Origin: Candidatus Sericytochromatia bacterium
GTDB lineage: Bacteria; Cyanobacteriota; Sericytochromatia; S15B-MN24; UBA4093
Direction of reading: 5' to 3'
Length of the DNA: 64,000 nt
Assembly (NCBI GenBank): GCA_036676985.1
Contig: JAKFBU010000047.1
Span: 8,096 to 72,095, forward strand
Shown here: positions 30,849 through 40,341 of the stretch, piece after piece
Numbering within the stretch: the first letter of the stretch is position 1
Layout of the letters: each line of letters starts with the position of its first letter
Notes under the pieces: generated by a model
Told to the model about the DNA's origin: nothing
The model's input: the letters and a program-made list of their open reading frames with translations, nothing else
Databases searched by the model: none
Position numbers and translations under genes: made by a program

Positions 30849-30991
30849 GATTGCATGCTACCACGCTGCGAGGCGCTTCTCACGCGCCGCCCGGGCCCAT
30901 GTGCCATGAGAGGGTCGGTCCGCGCTTGAGTTGGAGGTGGATGGGGCTAAACTGCCCATGTTCGGACCCGCGCGCGAAAGGAGTTGCGGCC

Positions 30992-31591
30992 ATGGCAGAG
31001 GCGAAGAAACCCGACCTGTCGGTTCAGTGGCAGGAGGACTTGAAGGGCAAGAAGGTGGCCGTGCTCGTGGCGGACGGCTTCGAGCAGTCCGAGTTCGACG
31101 GCCCGGTGCAGACGCTCAGGGACGCGGGGGCCGTCGTCGAGGTGCTGGCCGAGGACGAGCGGCATCTCCAGGGTATCAAGGGCGTCCACCACTTCGAGCC
31201 CGCGGCCGGCACCAAGGGAGACCGGCTCCTCACCGACGTGCGGCCCGAGGACTACGACCTGCTCTTCGTGCCGGGCGGCCTCGCGAGCCCCGACCACATG
31301 CGCATGTCCGAGCCGCACGTCGCGTTCGTGCGCTCCTTCATGCAGGCCCGGAAGCCGACGGCCTTCATTTGCCACGGTCCCTGGCTGCTGGCGGAATCCG
31401 GCATGGCCGCGGGACGGACCGTCACCTCCTGGCCCGCGATCCGCGGGGATCTCGAGCGGGCCGGGGCCAAGTGGCGCGACGAAGCGGTGGTCGTGGACGA
31501 TTTCCTCGTCACCAGCCGCAAGCCCGACGACGTGCCCGCCTTCTCGCGAGCCCTCGTCGAGCAGTTGGCGAAGACGCCGGCGACTAGGTGA
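30992..31591 (+). CDS. DJ-1/PfpI-family protein
   Basis: DGFEQSE, VPGG, ICHGPW, TSRKPDD. Confidence 0.92.
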   Translation: MAEAKKPDLSVQWQEDLKGKKVAVLVADGFEQSEFDGPVQTLRDAGAVVEVLAEDERHLQGIKGVHHFEPAAGTKGDRLLTDVRPEDYDLLFVPGGLASPDHMRMSEPHVAFVRSFMQARKPTAFICHGPWLLAESGMAAGRTVTSWPAIRGDLERAGAKWRDEAVVVDDFLVTSRKPDDVPAFSRALVEQLAKTPATR

Positions 31592-32066
31592 ACGAGAGGC
31601 GCAGGTACAAGGAGCGCATGTCGGAGTCCAGGTCGTAGACCATCTGGCTGAAGCGCTCGCACAGGAAGCGGTAGAACTGGACGGCGAACTGCGGGTTGCC
31701 GTCCAGATACGCCTGCATGGCGTCCTTCTCGAGGACGATGGCCTCCACGTCGCCGTAGGCCCGGGCAGTGGCCGAGCGGCGCCCGTCGCCGAACAGGCAG
31801 CGCTCGCCGAGCAGGGCTCCGTCCTCCAGGATGGCCAGGCGCAGGTTGTTGTCGGCCGTGGTCTGCTTCAGGATCTCCACCGGCCCGTGCACTAGGACGT
31901 ACATGTGAGTGCCGAGCTCGCGATCGCGGAAGATCTCCTCGTTGCGCGCGAAGGATCGGCGCGTGCCGAGGGCGAGAAAGTCCTTCCAGGCCTGGGGATC
32001 GATGGTATCGGGGCAACCGACGAGTTCGACGGACACGAGGCGGCTCCTTGTGCGAACGGGGGGCAC
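31584..32066 (-). CDS. Cyclic-nucleotide-binding domain protein without HTH
   Basis: MYVLVHGPVEI, LGE, RSATARA; start uncertain. Confidence 0.85.
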   Translation of the reverse strand: MPPVRTRSRLVSVELVGCPDTIDPQAWKDFLALGTRRSFARNEEIFRDRELGTHMYVLVHGPVEILKQTTADNNLRLAILEDGALLGERCLFGDGRRSATARAYGDVEAIVLEKDAMQAYLDGNPQFAVQFYRFLCERFSQMVYDLDSDMRSLYLRLSFT

Positions 32067-32171
32067 TCATGACCAACTTACCCCCGGTCGTCGAGGACGT
32101 ATCGGAGCGCCGCTCGGCTGTGGTCGGCGCCGCGGTTCGGGGCTAGGATGGGCTCCGTGAGGAGGTGCGCC

Positions 32172-32837
32172 ATGCCACGCCGCGATCCCGAGTTTCATGG
32201 AGAGGAGCCGAGCGGTCTCCAGGAGCGGCGTGGGGACGTGGCCACCGACCAGCGGCGGGCGGCGCTGCGGGACCTCGCGCTCACCTGCGGCGCCGAGCTG
32301 CTCGGCGCGGGGGCCACCCGGATCGTCCCCGGCGAGGGCAACCCATATGCGCACGTCGTCCTGGTGGGAGAGGCCCCGGGCGAGCAGGAGGACCGTCAGG
32401 GACGCCCCTTCGTCGGGCGCTCGGGACAGCTCCTGGATCGCCTGCTTGCCGAGGCAGGTCTGGACCGCTCGGACGTGTGGATCACCAACACGGTCAAGGC
32501 GCGGCCCGTCCTGTTCGAGGGCAACAAGAAGCGCAACCGCGCCCCCAAGGTCTCCGAGGTGAAGGCCTGGAGCTCCTGCCTGCACGAGGAGCTCCGCATG
32601 ATCCGGCCGCGGGCGCTGGTGGGGCTCGGGGCGGTGGCCGGCCAGGCGCTCGTCGGCAAGGACTTCAAGATCACGCGCCAGCGCGGCGAGTGGTTCAAGG
32701 ACCTGGTCCTCGGCACCGACGTGCTCGTCACCTGGCACCCGTCCTACCTCTTGCGCCAGCAGGGCGACGACTATGACCGCCTGATCGCGCAGACCCGCGA
32801 CGACCTGAGGGCAGCCGCGGATCGCTTGCGTCGCTAG
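32172..32837 (+). CDS. Family-4/UdgX-like uracil-DNA glycosylase
   Basis: GEAPG, PFVGRSG, TNTVK, HPSYLLR; GGAGG SD before ATG 32172. Confidence 0.85.
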   Translation: MPRRDPEFHGEEPSGLQERRGDVATDQRRAALRDLALTCGAELLGAGATRIVPGEGNPYAHVVLVGEAPGEQEDRQGRPFVGRSGQLLDRLLAEAGLDRSDVWITNTVKARPVLFEGNKKRNRAPKVSEVKAWSSCLHEELRMIRPRALVGLGAVAGQALVGKDFKITRQRGEWFKDLVLGTDVLVTWHPSYLLRQQGDDYDRLIAQTRDDLRAAADRLRR

Positions 32838-32838
32838 G

Positions 32839-34278
32839 TTACTCCCGGAGCCGGCCGGCCTCGTAGGCGCCGACATCCATGGCCTGTGGCACCGAGGCGT
32901 TGGGGTCGCCGATCCCCTGGTAGACGTCGAAGACCCGACCGTTGAGCACCAGGGCGTCGCTGCCGTAGCGCCAGGGGTCGCCGACGCCGCGGCTGGTGTG
33001 GTTCACCACCCGGTGGGCGTCGTAGCCATGGGCCCGCAGGATGCCGATGACCAGGGTCATCGCCTCGTAGTGCTGGGCGCGATCGTCGACCTGGAAGGGC
33101 GCCGGGAAGTTCTGCTTGACCCATGTGGCCGTGCTCTTGATGGCGGCCGAGACGCTGCTCTTGTCCACGGGAACCGAGGCGTACTCGGGCTTCACGGGCA
33201 CCGTCTGCAAGGACGGCAGTGCGGTGCCGGGCAGCTGGGGCGCGGGGCCGGGAGCCGGTGCGCCCGGGACGGGCACGTTGGGAACCGGCGTGCCCACGCC
33301 CTCCGAGCCCCACCACCAGGCCGGGTTGGACGCGCCGGACCGAGCGATGACGTCCACCCACTCGGCACCGATCTCGGTCACGACGTGGATCTTGTCGCCC
33401 TGAACGCCGAGGATCTGCAAACCGGCCGCTTCGAGCTGGGGACGGATGCCCTGCAGGAGGGCCTCGGCCGAGGCCTTGTCATGGACGCCGGCGAGCGAGA
33501 CGTGCTGGACCGTCCGGGCGAACAAATACTTGGGCGTGCGGTGGTTGGGGTTGCTAAGCTTGTTGAAGTCGAAGCCCTCGAGCGGCGCGGTGGGACCGGC
33601 CGAAACGGGCATCTGAGCGGGGGGCCCGTAGGCCACCGGCGCGGGCATCTGCATCGGGGCGGCGGTCATGGCGGCCTGACGCTGGCGGTACTCGTCGCTC
33701 TCCATGAAGATCCGCACCAGGTCCTGACGGTTCACGCCGCTGCGCAGGCCGTTGAGGTGCGCATGGAAGCCTCCCGCGTCGGGCTCGCGGCCGAGCAGCC
33801 GGCGATAGAGGTCGGCGACGAAGGCCTCGTCCGGCATCTGGTTGCGATCGGGCATCGGGAAGTTGACCGGGGGCGCCGTCATCGGGGCCTGAGCCTGAGG
33901 CTGGCCCTTGGGACGCTTGAAGAGGCCGACGATGCCCGCGATGAGGGCGCCGAGGCCCGCCATGCCCTGCGCCGAGGGCTGCGCTTGGGGGGCGTTGGGC
34001 TGCTGCTGGGGGTAGTAGCTGTAGCCCGGGTACTGGGGCACGCCGTAAGCCTGCGGCTGCGTATAGCCGTAGGCCTGCTGCTGGGGATAGGCATAGGGCT
34101 GCTGCGCATAGGGCGCCGGGATCGCGCGCTGGTAGTAGTCCTGGGTGTAGACCGGTGCCTGGGGGTAGGAAGGCGCCTGAGGATAAGCGGGGGCCTGGGG
34201 GTAGGCCGGTGCCTGAGGATAGCCCGCCTGGTAAGCGGGGGTGATGGGGGACTGGATGGGGTAGACGGGGTAGCTCAT
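32839..34278 (-). CDS. Pro/Gln/Tyr-rich protein with DUF4214-like domain
   Basis: YPQAP repeats; FVADLYRRLLGREPDAGG...FMESDEY. Confidence 0.75.
   Translation of the reverse strand: MSYPVYPIQSPITPAYQAGYPQAPAYPQAPAYPQAPSYPQAPVYTQDYYQRAIPAPYAQQPYAYPQQQAYGYTQPQAYGVPQYPGYSYYPQQQPNAPQAQPSAQGMAGLGALIAGIVGLFKRPKGQPQAQAPMTAPPVNFPMPDRNQMPDEAFVADLYRRLLGREPDAGGFHAHLNGLRSGVNRQDLVRIFMESDEYRQRQAAMTAAPMQMPAPVAYGPPAQMPVSAGPTAPLEGFDFNKLSNPNHRTPKYLFARTVQHVSLAGVHDKASAEALLQGIRPQLEAAGLQILGVQGDKIHVVTEIGAEWVDVIARSGASNPAWWWGSEGVGTPVPNVPVPGAPAPGPAPQLPGTALPSLQTVPVKPEYASVPVDKSSVSAAIKSTATWVKQNFPAPFQVDDRAQHYEAMTLVIGILRAHGYDAHRVVNHTSRGVGDPWRYGSDALVLNGRVFDVYQGIGDPNASVPQAMDVGAYEAGRLRE
34150..34235 (-). repeat. 18-bp coding tandem repeat (YPQAPA)
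   Basis: YPQAPA-YPQAPA-YPQAPS-YPQAPV. Confidence 0.8.
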
Positions 34279-34406
34279 CGCGGGCTCCTTTCAGAAATCA
34301 TATGAAAAAATTGACATATGTTTGCTTTGATAGAGGGATTGTCGAAGCCTTGACGCCCGCGCTGACGTTAAGCTTGACCCAAGGTTCCTTGAAGGCGGCA
34401 TAACCA

Positions 34407-34437
34407 ACCCCCCGGGACGTGCGTCCCGGGGGCTTTC
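34407..34437. terminator. Hairpin downstream of cobB
   Basis: CCCCCGGGACG-TG-CGTCCCGGGGG. Confidence 0.6.
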
Positions 34438-34452
34438 AAAGGGGGCTCAGGC

Positions 34453-35181
34453 TCAGAGCGATGTGGAGAGGGCCGTGAGCGTCTCCTTGATCGAGGTGTA
34501 GAGGCAGAGATCCGCCACGTCGCTGAGGGGCGTCCGTTCCCGGTTGAGGATGACGAGCCGGGAGCCCGAGGCCTTGGCGATCTGCGGCAAGATATTTGCA
34601 GGCGAGACCAGGAGCGAGGATCCCAGCACGATGAACAGGGTGGAGCGTCGCGCGGCGTCCTGAGCCTGGTCCAGGTCCCAGGTTGGCAACGCCTCGCCGA
34701 AAAGGACGACCGTGGGCCGCATCTTGCCGCCGCAGCGGGTGCAAGTAGGGCCGTCGGGCTCCAGGAATCGCTCGGCGTCCTCCTCGTGACGGCACGTCCC
34801 GCAGCGGATGCGTCGCAGGTTGCCGTGCAGCTGGTAGACCTCGGGGCTCCCGGCCAGCTGGTGGAAGCCGTCCACGTTCTGGGTGATGAGCGCATGGACC
34901 AGCCCCTGTTGCTGCCACCGAGCGATCAGCTGGTGACCCTCGTGGGGCTCGTAGGGCTTCAGCCCCTCGATGCGCCAGCGGTAGAAGTCGACGAACTCGT
35001 CGTAGGCATGCTCGAGGGCCCAGGTGGACGCGAGCTCCTCGAAGCGACGATTCTGCCGCCAGAGGCCGCCCTGCGAGCGGAAGTCCGGAAGGCCTGATTC
35101 CGTCGACATGCCCGCCCCGGTGAACACCGTCGTGAAGCGGGAGTTCTTGATCCATGAGGCCAGGCGCTCGAGGTCGGTCAT
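34453..35181 (-). CDS. cobB: NAD-dependent protein deacylase (sirtuin)
   Basis: TGAGMSTESGLPDFR, TQNVDG, LHG, two CxxC, GSS. Confidence 0.93.
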   Translation of the reverse strand: MTDLERLASWIKNSRFTTVFTGAGMSTESGLPDFRSQGGLWRQNRRFEELASTWALEHAYDEFVDFYRWRIEGLKPYEPHEGHQLIARWQQQGLVHALITQNVDGFHQLAGSPEVYQLHGNLRRIRCGTCRHEEDAERFLEPDGPTCTRCGGKMRPTVVLFGEALPTWDLDQAQDAARRSTLFIVLGSSLLVSPANILPQIAKASGSRLVILNRERTPLSDVADLCLYTSIKETLTALSTSL

Positions 35182-35452
35182 GTCGCATCTCCTCATCATT
35201 GACCCCGCGGCATCCCCGTCGGGTTGCCCCCATTATGCGAGCATGCGCCGTCGATGGCGAAGCGCGGCGCTGCGATCACCAGCCAGCGCCCCACAGCCGA
35301 GCGGCATCCGTTGCAAAACCCCGCTCCTCCTCCTATCCTGCCCATGGCAGTCCCAGGTCTGGCCTGGTCACCCCATGGACTTGTTCCTTCCTCGTACAAC
35401 TCCTGCCCACTGGGCCTTCGGGACAGACGTCCGTAGGAGGAGGGCAACCGGC

Positions 35453-36451
35453 ATGGCACGTCCGCTCAAGGATCAGGTCGTCGTGATCACGGGGGCCTCG
35501 ACGGGCATCGGGCGCGAGGTGGCCCGCGAGTTCGCCGCAAAGGGGGCGCGCGTGGTCCTGGCCGCCCGCAACGCACGAGCCCTCGAGTCGCTGGCCGAGG
35601 AGATCCGGGCGAAGGGCGGACGAGCGCTTCCGATCCCGACGGACGTGACGGACTTTGCTGCCGTCGAGCGCCTGGCCGCCGCTGCCGTCGAGCATTTCGG
35701 ACGCCTGGACACGTGGGTGAACAATGCCGCCGTGTCGTATTACGCCACTTTCGAGCAGGCCACGCTCGACGAGATGCGGCGCCAGGTCGAGGTCAACTTC
35801 TGGGGCAACGTGCACGGCTTCAAGGCGGCACTGCCACTCATGAAAGCGACCGGTGGGGTCTGGATTTCGGTCGCCTCGGCCCTCTCCGACTTCGCCATCC
35901 CCTTGCAGGGGACCTACTGCGCCGTAAAGCACGCCCTGCGGGCGTTGACCGAGTCCGTCCGCATCGAGTTCAAGCATGCCGGAGTGCCCATCGACGTCGT
36001 GCTCATCAAGCCGCCTTCCGTCGATACGCCCTTCTTCGAGCACGCGCTCACCCGGACCGGGTATCTGCCCAAGCCCGTGGCACCCGTCTACGACCCGGCC
36101 GTGATCGCCAAGCGCATCCTCATGGCCGCCGAGCGCCCGCAGCGGGAGGTCATGATCGGCGGAGCGGCGCAGTTTTTCTCCCTCGTCCACCGATACGCCC
36201 CGCGCCTCTTCGAATGGCACCAGGCCCGATTCGGTTTCCAGGGCCAGATGACCGAGCGCCCCAAGTCCGCTGACGGGCTGAGCAACTTCTACGCCCCGCT
36301 CGACGAGCCGGGCGCGGTTCGCCAGCAGGGCAACGCCTGGAAGGCGAGCTGGGTGATGTGGCTCGAAGAGCATCCGAAAACGGCAACCCTCGCGGGCTCG
36401 GCCTTGCTCGCCGCGACGGCCGTCGGTTGGCAGCGCGCCAGGCGCCGTTAA
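35453..36451 (+). CDS. SDR-family oxidoreductase with C-terminal TM
   Basis: TGASTGIG, NNAA, YCAVK. Confidence 0.92.
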   Translation: MARPLKDQVVVITGASTGIGREVAREFAAKGARVVLAARNARALESLAEEIRAKGGRALPIPTDVTDFAAVERLAAAAVEHFGRLDTWVNNAAVSYYATFEQATLDEMRRQVEVNFWGNVHGFKAALPLMKATGGVWISVASALSDFAIPLQGTYCAVKHALRALTESVRIEFKHAGVPIDVVLIKPPSVDTPFFEHALTRTGYLPKPVAPVYDPAVIAKRILMAAERPQREVMIGGAAQFFSLVHRYAPRLFEWHQARFGFQGQMTERPKSADGLSNFYAPLDEPGAVRQQGNAWKASWVMWLEEHPKTATLAGSALLAATAVGWQRARRR

Positions 36452-36607
36452 GCCAGGCCGAACGACCAGAGCGATCGCAATCGGATCACGATCTTCCGCG
36501 AAGCCTCATGGCCTTTACGGCTACACGGCCGCCGCTCTCCACTCCCGGCTGAGGTACAAGCCGGCCGTCGCCAGGCGGCCGATGCCGCCGCCCGCCGGTC
36601 CCGGATG

Positions 36608-37189
36608 CTAGACCTGCGCGGCCTCTTCGCTCGACTGGGCGCTCACCTTGGCGGCCATGTAGTACTGCGGCTGGAAGAGGTGCACGAACTGCATGAGCAG
36701 CCCGGGGTCTACCCGCCCGTGTTCGGCCGCCTTGACGATCTTCTGCTGCAGGGCCTCGGGAAAGGTGCGGATGACGATGGCCGTCATCTGGGCGCAAGTC
36801 ACCTCGTGGGCGCCGTTGCGGATGCTGAGCTCGTACCACTGGAAGCGGCCCTGCCGCTTGGTCTGCCGGGCCGTGATCTCGAGGAGCTCGTCGATGCCGA
36901 CCGCGCGCTCGTAGTCGGCCGCGAGCCGCGTGACCATCAGGAGCTCACCGGTCAAGAGGTAGCCCAGGAGCAGCACGGCGTCTTCCATGAGGCGGCTGAA
37001 GCCGGACAGGGGCATCAGGCCCAGGCCGCTGAGGTCCTGGCGATCGCTCGGAACCTTGAAGGTGAGGGACTTGGCCTCGGGGTCGAGACCGTCGGCCTCG
37101 AGGGGATCGCCCTGCAAGAGGTACTGGAACAGGGAGCTGTTGCGGGCCACTTGCAGGCGTTCGCGCTGGGCTGGGGAAAGGTGCGGCAT
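36608..37189 (-). CDS. Hypothetical protein, possible hotdog fold
   Basis: GGAGG SD; helix then LAADYERAV, LEITAR, YELSI strand pattern like thioesterases. Confidence 0.5.
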   Translation of the reverse strand: MPHLSPAQRERLQVARNSSLFQYLLQGDPLEADGLDPEAKSLTFKVPSDRQDLSGLGLMPLSGFSRLMEDAVLLLGYLLTGELLMVTRLAADYERAVGIDELLEITARQTKRQGRFQWYELSIRNGAHEVTCAQMTAIVIRTFPEALQQKIVKAAEHGRVDPGLLMQFVHLFQPQYYMAAKVSAQSSEEAAQV

Positions 37190-37340
37190 TCGTCCTCCCT
37201 GGCGCCGCTGTCCGGGCGCTAACCAGAGGATCATTATACCGCCGGAGCCACGTGCAGGCGAGCGGGCCGCCCGTCGGACGTCTCTGCTGATCCGGCCGCG
37301 AGCGTCGGCTCCGGCTGCCGCGCGGAGGGCGTCGGAGGGC

Positions 37341-37374
37341 TTTAAATGGATATTTAATGGAGATTTAAAGCGGA
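37341..37374. promoter_or_regulatory. Three AT-rich direct repeats with 11-12 bp period
   Basis: TTTAAATGGATA / TTTAATGGAGA / TTTAAAGCGGA in a divergent intergenic region. Confidence 0.4.
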
Positions 37375-37505
37375 CTAAAACCATGTGACGCCCGTCACGT
37401 CGATATGTTAGTATGACCTCAACCAAAAAATTCATCTGGCTGCAACAAATCTGTGGACGGATGGAAACCATGTAACGTCGCCGTTACGATCGAATGGAGG
37501 TACTA

Positions 37506-37622
37506 ATGTTCAAAGACGAGCTATTAGTGGCCGAGGCGTCCCCGCTGTTCACCATGGCCCATGAGTCCATGGAGGCGAGCACTTGGGACGACGTGCCCAT
37601 CTTCGACGATCCCCTCTACTAG
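37506..37622 (+). CDS. 38-aa acidic peptide (not in ORF track)
   Basis: MFKDELLVAEASPLFTMAHESMEASTWDDVPIFDDPLY after GGAGGT SD. Confidence 0.55.
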   Translation: MFKDELLVAEASPLFTMAHESMEASTWDDVPIFDDPLY

Positions 37623-37834
37623 TCGTTTCGTTCCCTCGCAGCCGCCGGCTCGGGAGCGGATCTTGACAGGCCTGGAGCATTCCAGGCCTTTTCGCATGCC
37701 ACCGAGGATGTCTGAAACGTATCAAAGCGTTGGCTCGGTGGGTCAGGCGTCCCTGCCTGACGCCCTTGTAGGGCCACTCGGGGACAGGCGCGGAGGCCTG
37801 TCCCACTGGTTCCATGGACTTTCCGCACACCCTC

Positions 37835-39919
37835 TCAGGGCGTCAGCGGCAGTTCGAAGCGGAAGGTGCTCCCCGCGCCCAGCCGGCTGCGCACCTCGAG
37901 GGTGCCTCCATGCGCCGCGACGATGTTCTTGCAAATGGCGAGGCCCAGGCCCGCTCCCTGCACCTTGCGGGTGGAGCCCATATCGAGCTGCTTGAAGGGT
38001 TGAAAGACGCGGGGGAGATCGGCTTCGGCGATGCCCGGGCCGTCGTCCCGGACCTCCGTGACCAGACGATCGCCCTCGATCCAGGCGCCGAGGCGAATGT
38101 GGCCCCCTTCCGACACGAACTTGATGGCGTTGTCCAGGAGGTTCATGAGCACCTGCGAGATGCGCGCCGGGTCCAGGGTGACGAGCCGATCGATCGTAAC
38201 GTCCTGCTTCACCGTCAGGCCCTTGTCCCGGGCGAGGGGCTCGAGGGTGGAGACGATCTCCTCGATGATGGGCGGGTAGTCGGTCTCGTAGGGATCGACC
38301 TGGAACTTGCCCGCCCGCATGCGGCCAACGTCCAGGAGGTTGTTGATGAGCCCGAGCATCCGGTCCGCCCCGCCCAGGATGCGCTTGAGATAGTCCTGCT
38401 GCGCCTGATCGAGCGTTCCGGCGAGCTCATGATCCAGGAGGCTGCCAAAGCCCGTGATGCAGTTGAGCGGAGTTCGCAACTCATGGCTGATCACGGCCAG
38501 GAACTCGTCCTTGTAGCGGTCCGTCTCCTGCAGCTCGTGAGTGGTGGCCTCGAGCTCGCGGGCATGCCGTGCCAGCTCGATCTCCGCGCGCCGGATGGCC
38601 GAGATGTCGCGGTAGCTCCAGAGGCGGCCCACCGCCACCTCCCCGAGACGCTGGGGGCGCGAGATGCGCTCGAAGATCCGTCCGTCCTTGAGTTCGAGCA
38701 AGTCGCAGCTTTCGGCCTCCGGCTCGGCGTAGAGCTCGCGCACGCGCGCCATGAAGGCGTCGGGATCGACCAGCTGGTCGGTCATGCATGGCACCGTCGA
38801 GCGTGGGGCGCGCATGTGGGCCTCGGAGAGGCCCCACATGTCCAGGAACCGCTGGTTGTACGTGCGGATCGAGCCGTCGGTCCCGATGACGAGCACGCCG
38901 TCGGCGCTCGCCTCGAGGGTCGCCCGCAACAGCGAGAGCGACAAGTCCACCTCGGCGTGCAAGAGCTTGTTGCTCAGGCCCTCGCGCAGTCGCTCCGAGA
39001 TGTCCTGGAACAGCCGCTGCTCGAGGGGCGACCAGCGACGCGGCACCTCGCATTGGTGGATGCCGAGGACCCAGGGCTTGCCGATCCGGGGGTGGATGGC
39101 CGTGAGCATCTGGGCCTGGAGCGACAGGGCCTGGCGAAGGGGCTCCAGATCCGCAGGAAAGGGGGTGTCCGGTCCGTAGACGACCGGCCCCTCGGAACTG
39201 ATCACCGCCTCCATGATGTGGCGGGTGCCGCCTTCGAGGGGGAGCTCGACGTCGGATCCGCCCATGCCCGGATAGGCGGGACGGGTGCGCTCGAAGGGGA
39301 CGGTAAACGTCTTGCTTGTGGGGTCGCAGGGGTGGATGAGCCAGGCGCGGTCGGCCCCGAACACGTCGAGCAGGAGATCTAGGATGTCGTTGATGCTGGC
39401 GTCCAGGTCGCAGGGCTGCTCGAGGATCTTGACGACCTGGGTCAGGTGCGCGGCGGCCTCGAGCTCCGCTCGGAGGCGCGCCTCCGTCTCCTTGAAGCGG
39501 GTGATGTCCCGGACGATCGCTATCACCAGGTCGGTGGAGACGTCGTTCCCCGGCAAGGGGACGAGCCGCACGAGGTAGAAGTCGGTGCCGTATGGACCGG
39601 TGCACTCGAAATCGGGACGCACCTCGGTCGGATGGTCGAAGGCGGCCTGCAGGTGCTGCTCCCACACGGCGGCGAAAAGGCCGTCGACCGGTAACTCTCC
39701 GAGTCGCTGGCCCACGATCTGCTCGGAGGCCATGCCGAACACGGTCGCCCCTGCCGGGTTGACGTAGGCGTGCCGCAGGGTCCGGTCGAACCAGCAGACC
39801 CAGTCCGACGAGTAGGCGGCCATCGCCATGACCTGGGCGTCTGGCTGCGGCATGACCTGGTCACGGGAGGGGGTGGGGTTTGGAGTCATTGCGGCTTCTG
39901 GCGTCGGGGGGACCGTCAT
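37835..39919 (-). CDS. PAS-GAF-PAS sensor histidine kinase
   Basis: YVNPA PAS, LGIHQC GAF, YNQRFLDMW PAS, SHELRTPL, NAIKF, GLGL; start uncertain. Confidence 0.92.
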   Translation of the reverse strand: MTVPPTPEAAMTPNPTPSRDQVMPQPDAQVMAMAAYSSDWVCWFDRTLRHAYVNPAGATVFGMASEQIVGQRLGELPVDGLFAAVWEQHLQAAFDHPTEVRPDFECTGPYGTDFYLVRLVPLPGNDVSTDLVIAIVRDITRFKETEARLRAELEAAAHLTQVVKILEQPCDLDASINDILDLLLDVFGADRAWLIHPCDPTSKTFTVPFERTRPAYPGMGGSDVELPLEGGTRHIMEAVISSEGPVVYGPDTPFPADLEPLRQALSLQAQMLTAIHPRIGKPWVLGIHQCEVPRRWSPLEQRLFQDISERLREGLSNKLLHAEVDLSLSLLRATLEASADGVLVIGTDGSIRTYNQRFLDMWGLSEAHMRAPRSTVPCMTDQLVDPDAFMARVRELYAEPEAESCDLLELKDGRIFERISRPQRLGEVAVGRLWSYRDISAIRRAEIELARHARELEATTHELQETDRYKDEFLAVISHELRTPLNCITGFGSLLDHELAGTLDQAQQDYLKRILGGADRMLGLINNLLDVGRMRAGKFQVDPYETDYPPIIEEIVSTLEPLARDKGLTVKQDVTIDRLVTLDPARISQVLMNLLDNAIKFVSEGGHIRLGAWIEGDRLVTEVRDDGPGIAEADLPRVFQPFKQLDMGSTRKVQGAGLGLAICKNIVAAHGGTLEVRSRLGAGSTFRFELPLTP

Positions 39920-40095
39920 CCCCTCAGAATGCCATGGGGACGATGACTTCGCCACCCCGCGGGAACCACGGCGCCCAGCCGCCCGTCCCGGTCCCCATGG
40001 CGGTCGGTGCGGCCGCGGTCTTGTCGTGGACGCTCGCGTGGGGGCGGGATATAATGGATCCTGCGGTCTTGCGCTCGTTGAGAGGATTTGCCCCT

Positions 40096-40314
40096 ATGAT
40101 CACCCCCACCACCGTCGCCGTCGTCGCCATCGGCGCGCTCGTCATCTTTGGCCCCAAGAAGCTGCCCGAGCTGGCGCGTGCCCTGGGCAAGAGCCTGTCC
40201 GAGTTCAAGGCGGGCGCCGACGAGGCCCGCGAGACCTTCTCGCGCGAGCTCAACCAGACGAACGCCCCCAGCGCCCCGGCCGCCGAGCCCAAGAACGATC
40301 AGCCGAGCGCCTAG
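40096..40314 (+). CDS. tatA: Twin-arginine translocase TatA
   Basis: LVIFGPKKLPELARALGKSLSEFK. Confidence 0.93.
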   Translation: MITPTTVAVVAIGALVIFGPKKLPELARALGKSLSEFKAGADEARETFSRELNQTNAPSAPAAEPKNDQPSA

Positions 40315-40341
40315 CGCGTCGAGACCTAGAGTAGAGGAACC

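Noticed and set aside
28177-30864. 895-aa ORF overlapping pilB
   Set aside because: Only the last 190 aa (GNAT) look real; the rest is an alternate-frame shadow.
34453-35181. Sir2 as an anti-phage effector
   Set aside because: Canonical stand-alone CobB with zinc finger; no defence partner adjacent.
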